Of a stretch of 64,000 bases of DNA, positions 57,391-64,000 are shown piece by piece. How positions within the stretch are numbered: the first letter of the stretch is position 1; the number at the start of each line of letters is the position of its first letter. Source of the stretch: Fibrobacteria bacterium (GTDB lineage: Bacteria > Fibrobacterota > Chitinivibrionia > Chitinivibrionales > FEN-1185). Below the pieces are notes generated by a model, which was not told the origin of the DNA, searched no databases, and saw nothing but the letters and a program-made list of their open reading frames with translations. Both the position numbers and the translations under genes were made by a program. The DNA is taken from positions 1 to 64,000 of the forward strand of contig JBBIGR010000003.1 of NCBI GenBank assembly GCA_037447435.1, read 5' to 3'.

Positions 57391-60351
57391 ATGAAGAAAT
57401 ACGGGACCTTTTGTTTTTTATTCCTTTCGTTGCTGAATGCTTTTGCCCAGCAACCCGATACCCTTGCTGCAAAATCAAACCAAATCCTGCAGCAGCCGAT
57501 TGTCGTTATAGGGAAAGATACCTCGTCCAAAGTGGCGATACCCGATACCGCAAAACTAATGATGCGTGATACGACAAAACCGCATGCAACGACAGCCGCG
57601 AATGCAACCGGGGTGCAAAATGGGAATACGTCGAAGATTGCCCGCGCGGTTGGAACGGTATCTCAAACCCAACCCGTCGAGTTTTCATTGGAGATCCCCG
57701 GAGGAGTATTATTCGGAAAGTTTGAAAAAGAAAGCGGCCCGTTTTTAATAAAGGGAAGCATTATAGTACCGGCAGGTCAGGTTTTGGAATTTGGACCGGG
57801 TTGCAAAGTATATGTCAGCGGCGATTATACCACCATCACCGTCTTTGGCCAAATTTTAGTAAAAGGCACTCGCGAAGAGCCGGTCATTTTCCAATCTGCA
57901 AAGCAACGTCCCAATCCGTGGGATTGGGATCGGATTTATATTCGCAGCCGGAACAGAAGCAGTTTTGAACATTGCATCATCCGGCATTCCAATTACGGCG
58001 TCATGGTCGAAAACGGGTCCGTCATGATGAACTATTGTCAATTGGACCACAATTCGCTTCATGCATTGGTCGTGCGGAATTCCGACGCACTTATCATGAA
58101 CACCGCGTTTCAGGGGGGGCAGGTTGTATCCATACTCTGCGAGGCCGGCGGCGACGTTCAGGCGGACAGCCTCATGATAAACGGCAACATAACCGGGGTC
58201 GCGGTCGGGGACAAGGGATCTTTCCATTTGCGCGGCGGGGATATTTCAAATAACGCAACCGGTATCGTGGCAATGCAGGGTTCGTCGGTGTCCGTTGTCG
58301 CAGCGGATATTACAAAAAACCGCATCGGTCTGGTTTCCCAACAACCAGTTCCAAAAAAAATGTCCGAAATGAATTATGGAAACGGCTTGGATGTTAAAAT
58401 CGCCGGCGGAGCGGAAATCGAGAAAATGTTAAAGCCGCCGGAGTCTGTGAAATCCGTTTCGTTGCCGAAAACATCATCCGCTATCCGCATAAAAGATGAT
58501 TTCGCACCCGGCTTTTCCGCAATGCGCGCGCCGCGTGAAGCCACGACGAGTTTTATCGGCAACGTCACTACCGGATTGCAATATTTTTCCCCTAAATCGG
58601 GTATCGATACGTTGAAACAAAATCACTATCCGGGTGAAGACAATCCCGCGATCGGACGCGTTGATAATATACAACCCGAAATGCAGGTGTTTGCAAGCGG
58701 AAAAAAAGGGGACGCGGACATCAATTTGATGCTGGACGTATATGGGAACGATTGGGCCGGATTCCGGCGGAACAATACGAACCTTACCATGAATTACTCC
58801 GACCAGTCTTTCGTTATCGGAGATTTTTATGAAAATAATTCCGAGACCTCTATTTCCGGGCGTAAACTTACCGGGCTCAAATACGACGGAAATTTTTGGG
58901 AAATGGGGAGAGGAACAAAACGGGTATCGGTCAAAGCCGCCTTTGGGCAAAGCGAATTGCCGAAAAGAGTCGGAGAGCACGAGCTTGATATGTACAATAG
59001 CTATGTCGATTCCGGAATGTCGGTACGACAGCAAATGACGTATGAGGCCGCGCTCACCTTTAAACCGACTTTTTATTCCTCCATTTCCGCCCGGGGACTC
59101 ATCGCCCGTGATCAGGCAAATAATACCTTTATTGGAAGCGAGGCGGTAGACGATCCGAAAGCGCCGAACCTGTTGCAAGCGCAAACGGGTTGCATCGACG
59201 GAAAAGTTGATTTCCTGAATGGAAAAATGTCAATCAATGCGGAACTTGATATGGGACGTGTCGACACCTTGGTCGATACGATGGCGGTATTTAGCGATAA
59301 AATTTCAAAAATAGCCTGGTATGATCCCCAAGTACCCGATGCCATTTCAAAAGTTTTTGGAGTCATGTCCACCGTTAAGAATTATGCGTTTACCCTGAGT
59401 TGCAACGGTATTTTCGACGGTTATAAACTCGCGCTTTCGGGTTCGCAAATAGCACCCTCGTACTTTGCCGCCGGAAACCCCTACCTTGAACTGGACCGTC
59501 GCGGCCTCACCTTTACCGGTGAAAAAGAATACTCCGAACAATTGGCCGCCTCAGTGGCTGCGGAGTTTCAACGGCGAACGATTTCGACCAATCCCGTAGA
59601 TAATACGACATTGCGTTGCGCATCAAAATATGCATTTGGGAAAAACTTGCCGGAAGTTAACGGCGATTATATGTTTTATTACGAAACAAACCAGGAACGG
59701 CAAAGCGTATCACAGCAAATCCTGATCGATTCGACCTCCTCTTCGGTTCGCGATACTTCCTACGACAGCGTGTATCAGATACGGGATTATAAAAACCAAA
59801 TCGGTTTGGAATTAAAACAGCAATTGGCAAACGATATGGATTATAGTTTAAAATATCAATTACTTCTTGAAACCGATAACACGAATTACATCAACGAGGC
59901 CGATAAAAATAAAAGAAGCGGCATTCAGCATCAGATTTCCGCACGATATGGTTTCAAGGTAGGTAAATCGGTCCGAAACCGCACGACCATTCGGTTTACC
60001 TCTAAGGATGAAGTGCAGGATTCCTTGAAAGGATTTGCATACAAAATAGGTGATGAACTAAAGTTGTCCCTTATCCCCCGGAAATTGACATGGAGTTTAA
60101 AAGGGGAGTACAGCAATAAATTGGATAAAAAAGTAGTGGCAACTTCCGATGCCTCCGGGAACACGGTCGTTGAACATCAATCCCTTAAAACCATTATGAC
60201 CTCGTTTGAAACCGAGGTGAAATATTCATTAACATCGAAATGGTCTTTAACCGCACGCGGAAGATATGAAAACTCCCAGGATGATACGCCGGGATCGCGT
60301 GAGAATTACATTGCAAAGATATTCGGGTTTTATTGCACGTACCTCTTTTAG
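57391..60351 (+). CDS. Exported protein with a right-handed beta-helix domain and a putative C-terminal outer-membrane beta-barrel
   Basis: Start placed at ATG 57391 with a GAGGAG RBS; GPF-x-I-x-G-x-I-x-VP-x-G-x-x-L-x-x-x-PG and N-x-x-G-x repeats; amphipathic strands ending FYCTYLF. Confidence 0.7.
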   Translation: MKKYGTFCFLFLSLLNAFAQQPDTLAAKSNQILQQPIVVIGKDTSSKVAIPDTAKLMMRDTTKPHATTAANATGVQNGNTSKIARAVGTVSQTQPVEFSLEIPGGVLFGKFEKESGPFLIKGSIIVPAGQVLEFGPGCKVYVSGDYTTITVFGQILVKGTREEPVIFQSAKQRPNPWDWDRIYIRSRNRSSFEHCIIRHSNYGVMVENGSVMMNYCQLDHNSLHALVVRNSDALIMNTAFQGGQVVSILCEAGGDVQADSLMINGNITGVAVGDKGSFHLRGGDISNNATGIVAMQGSSVSVVAADITKNRIGLVSQQPVPKKMSEMNYGNGLDVKIAGGAEIEKMLKPPESVKSVSLPKTSSAIRIKDDFAPGFSAMRAPREATTSFIGNVTTGLQYFSPKSGIDTLKQNHYPGEDNPAIGRVDNIQPEMQVFASGKKGDADINLMLDVYGNDWAGFRRNNTNLTMNYSDQSFVIGDFYENNSETSISGRKLTGLKYDGNFWEMGRGTKRVSVKAAFGQSELPKRVGEHELDMYNSYVDSGMSVRQQMTYEAALTFKPTFYSSISARGLIARDQANNTFIGSEAVDDPKAPNLLQAQTGCIDGKVDFLNGKMSINAELDMGRVDTLVDTMAVFSDKISKIAWYDPQVPDAISKVFGVMSTVKNYAFTLSCNGIFDGYKLALSGSQIAPSYFAAGNPYLELDRRGLTFTGEKEYSEQLAASVAAEFQRRTISTNPVDNTTLRCASKYAFGKNLPEVNGDYMFYYETNQERQSVSQQILIDSTSSSVRDTSYDSVYQIRDYKNQIGLELKQQLANDMDYSLKYQLLLETDNTNYINEADKNKRSGIQHQISARYGFKVGKSVRNRTTIRFTSKDEVQDSLKGFAYKIGDELKLSLIPRKLTWSLKGEYSNKLDKKVVATSDASGNTVVEHQSLKTIMTSFETEVKYSLTSKWSLTARGRYENSQDDTPGSRENYIAKIFGFYCTYLF

Positions 60352-60361
60352 GTGCATGCAG

Positions 60362-60416
60362 AAAAAAGAAAAAAGCCTCGCGGCGGCCGAGACCGCGCGA
60401 GGCTTTTTGTTTCTTT
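60362..60416. terminator. Bidirectional intrinsic terminator
   Basis: AAAAAGCCTCGCG...CGCGAGGCTTTTT. Confidence 0.8.
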
Positions 60417-60443
60417 ATAGGGAAAAGCTTGTTTGCTTAATAG

Positions 60444-60593
60444 TCAATTACCTTCGTACATCCTTTTTACCTTTGTTTCCGTGAGAAGAACCGCATCATT
60501 GATTTTTCGTTCAATATTCAGCAACTGCACGCTGACCATAATAAGGAAAAAAATAAGGCATGCCGATAGACTGATCAAAACGAATAATAGCAT
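60444..60593 (-). CDS. Small single-pass membrane protein (49 aa), not in the ORF track
   Basis: MLLFVLISLSACLIFFLIMVSVQLLNIERKINDAVLLTETKVKRMYEGN; AAGGAG RBS at the tsaD stop; followed by a terminator. Confidence 0.65.
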   Translation of the reverse strand: MLLFVLISLSACLIFFLIMVSVQLLNIERKINDAVLLTETKVKRMYEGN

Positions 60594-60603
60594 AATGACT
60601 CCT

Positions 60604-61587
60604 TTATAACCCCGCCGAAGCGCTCATGCGCGGAAAACGCATATTGTTTTTTTTCATTTGTTCATACCCTACACGTGCAATCATGGCGGCATTGTCGGTG
60701 CACAGCGATGGCGGAGGAAACAGTGCTCTTTCGCCAAATCGATGCGTTATTGCCTTCCGAAGAGCACCATTGCAGGCAACCCCACCTGCGATACCGACTG
60801 TTTTTATTCCCGTGTCTTCACTGGCTATCATGAGGTTTTTTGCAAGCGAATCAATTATTGATTTTTGAAAAGCAAAACAGATTTTCGACCGGTTTTGGGC
60901 AACCCAGTCATTGCCCTTTTGAGCGCAAAAATATTTGACAGCCGTTTTAAGCCCCGAGAAGCTGAAATCCAATGATGGCGTGGACAGCTTGGCCATGGGA
61001 AAAACTATGTCCGAATCCGGGCATGCGGTCGCGGCTTCCTGTTCGATTGCCCGTCCGGCAGGATAGGAAAAACCGAGCATCTTTCCTATTTTGTCAAACG
61101 CTTCACCGGCGGCGTCGTCTACGGTTTGGCCGAGGCAAGTATATGCTCCGAAATCATCCACTTTATAGATGGCAGTATGGCCGCCGCTGACGACCAAGGC
61201 TAAAAAAGGATAAGGACATTGCGCCTGCCCGCAAAAGATCGAATAGATATGCCCTTCCAGGTGATTTACACCGGTAATAGGAATATTGGTTTGCGTATGA
61301 ATTCCAAGACCGAAGCTGATACCGACCAAGAGTGCTCCGGCAAGTCCCGGGCTGTCGGTGACCGCTATGAGGTCGATATCTTTCATCGTAAGGTTGGTTT
61401 TTTGGAAAATTCGGTCGGCGAGGACGTCGATTTTCGCAATATGTGCCCGGGATGCAAGTTCAGGGACTACGCCGCCGTATGCCGAATGGATTTCCTGTGA
61501 AAAGACTTCGCTTGCCACAATAGATTCATTATCGAGTATTGCGACGGAGGTTTCGTCGCAGGAGGATTCTATGCCCAGTATTTTCAT
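60604..61587 (-). CDS. tsaD: tRNA N6-adenosine threonylcarbamoyltransferase TsaD
   Basis: ILGIESSCDETS, GGVVPELASRAH, NHLEGH, VSGGHT, DDAAGEAFDK, FSFSGLKT, CTDNAAMI motifs. Confidence 0.97.
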   Translation of the reverse strand: MKILGIESSCDETSVAILDNESIVASEVFSQEIHSAYGGVVPELASRAHIAKIDVLADRIFQKTNLTMKDIDLIAVTDSPGLAGALLVGISFGLGIHTQTNIPITGVNHLEGHIYSIFCGQAQCPYPFLALVVSGGHTAIYKVDDFGAYTCLGQTVDDAAGEAFDKIGKMLGFSYPAGRAIEQEAATACPDSDIVFPMAKLSTPSLDFSFSGLKTAVKYFCAQKGNDWVAQNRSKICFAFQKSIIDSLAKNLMIASEDTGIKTVGIAGGVACNGALRKAITHRFGERALFPPPSLCTDNAAMIARVGYEQMKKNNMRFPRMSASAGL

Positions 61588-61596
61588 GTGAAATAA

Positions 61597-62322
61597 TTAT
61601 CCGGTTACAACAAATTGTGACAGTCCGGGTTTGTTTTTCAGCGCAGCGCTTAATTCAGCGTCACAATTGATAAACGACATTCTACCGCCGGATTGCAAAA
61701 TAACATCCTTGAACTTTTCAAGATATTGAAGTTCTCTATCGTAAAGGAACATGACGTTCGCGAAATTTAAGGCAATATGGGGGGCGGCATTATTTTGCAG
61801 AATTTCGGCAAGGCGTTTCCACGCAGCAGAGAAATCCGTGTCCTTTTTTGCATTGGAATATAATGCAAGCTCAATGATATCCGCGCCTTTGGTCGTGTTC
61901 GAAGATTCATCGACTACATCCAAAACATCGCCTTGCTGGCTTTGATTATTAGAAGGTTGCGAAAAAATGTTCGGAGTCGCGCTTTCATGAGCGGGCTGAT
62001 GCGACGATTGCACATCAAAATTTTCAAATCCGCCGCCGCGCACATTCCTGACAATTTCTATTTTTGGCGACTCATCGTGCGTATATTGAGCTTCAGACGG
62101 AATTGGCGATTCCGTAAATTCATTTTGTTTGGCTGCCGCAGCCTGACTTTGCCGTTCTTTTTTTAATGTTTCAAACTCGGAAGATTTCTTTTCAATTTCA
62201 TCTTCAAGTTTTGTTATATGGGCAGAAAGGGAGGATAAATATGACCAATTGGAAATTCCAAGGAAAATTGTAATCAGCGCCAGTAGTCCGGCACCGCCGA
62301 GAAAAAGAAATTCCGTGCTCAT
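61597..62322 (-). CDS. Membrane-anchored coiled-coil protein with a C-terminal STAS-like domain
   Basis: Start placed at ATG 62322 with a GGAGG RBS; TM helix, coiled coil, disordered linker, IALNFANVMFL...GGRMSFIN. Confidence 0.6.
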   Translation of the reverse strand: MSTEFLFLGGAGLLALITIFLGISNWSYLSSLSAHITKLEDEIEKKSSEFETLKKERQSQAAAAKQNEFTESPIPSEAQYTHDESPKIEIVRNVRGGGFENFDVQSSHQPAHESATPNIFSQPSNNQSQQGDVLDVVDESSNTTKGADIIELALYSNAKKDTDFSAAWKRLAEILQNNAAPHIALNFANVMFLYDRELQYLEKFKDVILQSGGRMSFINCDAELSAALKNKPGLSQFVVTG

Positions 62323-62562
62323 AAGTCCTCCGCAATTAAAATAAATAGTAATATATAGGCATGCAATCAAAACACATAAAATTATTGGGCAAGGTTGTCT
62401 CAATAATGAAACATGTCGGGCAAAATTACACAATAAAGAAAAAATGTACTAATAAAAAAATCTCTAAGAAATAAAAAAAAATTGCGTTTTTCCTGTAATT
62501 TAACAATTTAAATCGCTTAACTAATATATTGGTATGAAGATCGCTATTATAATGAGACAATT

Positions 62563-62928
62563 ATGAGTATCTCATTTAAAATATTGGTTATAGAAGATAA
62601 TTTAGCGAACCAAGAAGCTCTTAAAAAGTCGCTATCCCGGTTAGGCTGTCAGGTCATTGCGGTAGATACCGCGGAAAAAGGTATAGATGAGGTTAAAAAA
62701 GTAAATTTTGATGCTATTTTTGCCTCTTTATGTGTTCGCGAAAAAGGAGCCCGCACAGTCGCTCGATTTGTAAAAACCCAGTCTTCTCGAACAAAGTTCT
62801 TTGTGGTTACAAGTTGGAAAGGTGATTTAGAACAGAATCTTCTTCACTTGGACGGCATTCACGATATTGTTCGAAAACCATTGATATTTACTGAAATAAG
62901 GGATAAATTGCTTGAGCATTTAGGTTAA
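62563..62928 (+). CDS. Single-domain atypical response regulator (Asp replaced by Ser)
   Basis: KILVIED, FDAIFAS, VVTS and RKP receiver fold motifs. Confidence 0.8.
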   Translation: MSISFKILVIEDNLANQEALKKSLSRLGCQVIAVDTAEKGIDEVKKVNFDAIFASLCVREKGARTVARFVKTQSSRTKFFVVTSWKGDLEQNLLHLDGIHDIVRKPLIFTEIRDKLLEHLG

Positions 62929-62963
62929 TTTTAGCTAAGAAAATAAACCCACAGGACTTTATT

Positions 62964-63119
62964 ATGATATTTTCATGTATAGATTGTGGAACCGAATTAA
63001 AACCCAATGAATGGGAAATCGGCTTTTGTGCAGATTGCAATGCGAAAATGGAAAACGATATCAATATTTTAAGAGAAAGCGAAGACGACAGCTTTGCCTT
63101 TCTTACTCAAACAGCGTAA
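62964..63119 (+). CDS. Small CxxC-x13-CxxC zinc-finger protein (51 aa), not in the ORF track
   Basis: MIFSCIDCGTELKPNEWEIGFCADCNAKMENDINILRESEDDSFAFLTQTA; CAGGA RBS. Confidence 0.65.
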   Translation: MIFSCIDCGTELKPNEWEIGFCADCNAKMENDINILRESEDDSFAFLTQTA

Positions 63120-63207
63120 TTTTCAATTAAAAAATTTGTTTTTTTCAGAAAATCTGTTATATTAAATAGTATGACGGTTTGCAGGGTATAAAAACCTGGG
63201 TAAAAAT

Positions 63208-63408
63208 ATGAAAAAAACGTTAATTTCGATATTATTAATTTCATCGTGCATTTTTACTGTTACTGCACAAACAACTACCACTGTGCAAAAGCAACCGCAA
63301 GGACAATCGATTCAGACAAATGATAAGAGTACTCTCAATAGGAAAACATCAACGGATGTTCCGCAAAAAGTAACAAATTGGTCAAAGATAAAAGATTTAT
63401 TCAGATAA
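63208..63408 (+). CDS. Small secreted hypothetical protein (66 aa)
   Basis: Classical signal peptide, Gln/Thr-rich body, ends NWSKIKDLFR; followed by a terminator. Confidence 0.65.
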   Translation: MKKTLISILLISSCIFTVTAQTTTTVQKQPQGQSIQTNDKSTLNRKTSTDVPQKVTNWSKIKDLFR

Positions 63409-63423
63409 TATCGCACTGAGTAA

Positions 63424-63467
63424 AAAATAAAAGAGGGAATTTCAACGGAAATTCCCTCTTTTATTTT
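63424..63467. terminator. Bidirectional intrinsic terminator
   Basis: 20-bp perfect inverted repeat AAAATAAAAGAGGGAATTTC-N4-GAAATTCCCTCTTTTATTTT. Confidence 0.85.
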
Positions 63468-63494
63468 AGCAGATTTGTTGGAAATAGGGAGTTA

Positions 63495-64000
63495 CTATGG
63501 TTTCCACTCTACTTCAGTTTGTTCCTGTGTTAATTTGCGCGTTATTGATCCAATACTTATCGAAAACCCCATTTCCTGTAATGGTGCCCGCGAGTCGTTG
63601 AATTTTACTTTTGGTGATACAAATAATTCCAGTGAAATGTACATAAGGTTTTTAGATCCCATGGGTTGCGGCGGAAAGTAATCGATTGCAAGCCATCCGC
63701 GAACATTGTTGATATTTGAATATTTCCCCTCTGCTCCGTTGTACCCTTTGTTTTTTCCGAAAATCATATAGACGCTTGACCCGGCCGTAATATAACCGAA
63801 GTCGGAAACGTGGTATTGAAGGCCAAGACCGCCGTTAGCATCCAAACCGGAATACATGGCGCCGAGATCGTTTTTCGTGGAAAAATAAGTGCCTTGAAGA
63901 ATGCCGACAAGTCCCAATGAATTGTTGAAATACATCGGTGTTCCAACGCTCAAATGCGCACCTCCGCTAAAGCCGTATCCGCTGTGATACAATCCGAAAG
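63495..64000 (-). CDS. Putative outer-membrane beta-barrel protein, 5'-truncated by the window edge
   Basis: Frame open to the window end; Gly/aromatic alternating strands. Confidence 0.55.
   Translation of the reverse strand, partial: FGLYHSGYGFSGGAHLSVGTPMYFNNSLGLVGILQGTYFSTKNDLGAMYSGLDANGGLGLQYHVSDFGYITAGSSVYMIFGKNKGYNGAEGKYSNINNVRGWLAIDYFPPQPMGSKNLMYISLELFVSPKVKFNDSRAPLQEMGFSISIGSITRKLTQEQTEVEWKP

Noticed and set aside
1..64000. CRISPR array, DGR/retron, IS elements, restriction or other defence genes, riboswitches
   Set aside because: No repeat-spacer pattern, RT, transposase, methylase or aptamer consensus was recognised by eye; an Rfam/HMM scan is needed to exclude weak cases.

Overview
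This is a gene-dense, mostly housekeeping bacterial chromosomal window. It is probably from an anaerobic Fibrobacterota (Chitinivibrionia/Chitinispirillia-like) organism; this is inferred from a TIGR02147-type gene, several secreted proteins with T9SS/FlgD-like sorting domains, GH3/GH26 hydrolases and a ferredoxin-fused ETF. Core blocks are hinT-rapA; smpB-amidase-murI-yebC-ruvCAB-acylphosphatase; tRNA-Arg(CCT); uppS-cdsA-dxr-rseP-DsbA-like-HK-RR; trxB; rpmB; lepA-lepB-like-trpBA; hisG; etfBA; ybeY; tsaD. I saw no integrase, transposase, CRISPR array, reverse transcriptase or defence nuclease. The most interesting leads are: (1) the gene in the lepB position appears to lack both catalytic residues; (2) a secreted FecR/Ig-repeat protein paired with a beta-helix/beta-barrel protein, with no sigma factor or TonB receptor nearby; (3) a TIGR02147 gene overlapping a DUF2341/LamG lipoprotein gene next to the tRNA; (4) a GH3 with a sorting-domain-like module near its N-terminus; (5) a CxxCH/beta-propeller/TPR protein; (6) several non-canonical signalling proteins; (7) small ORFs missed by the ORF track. 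All family calls are from motif recognition by eye, not database searches.
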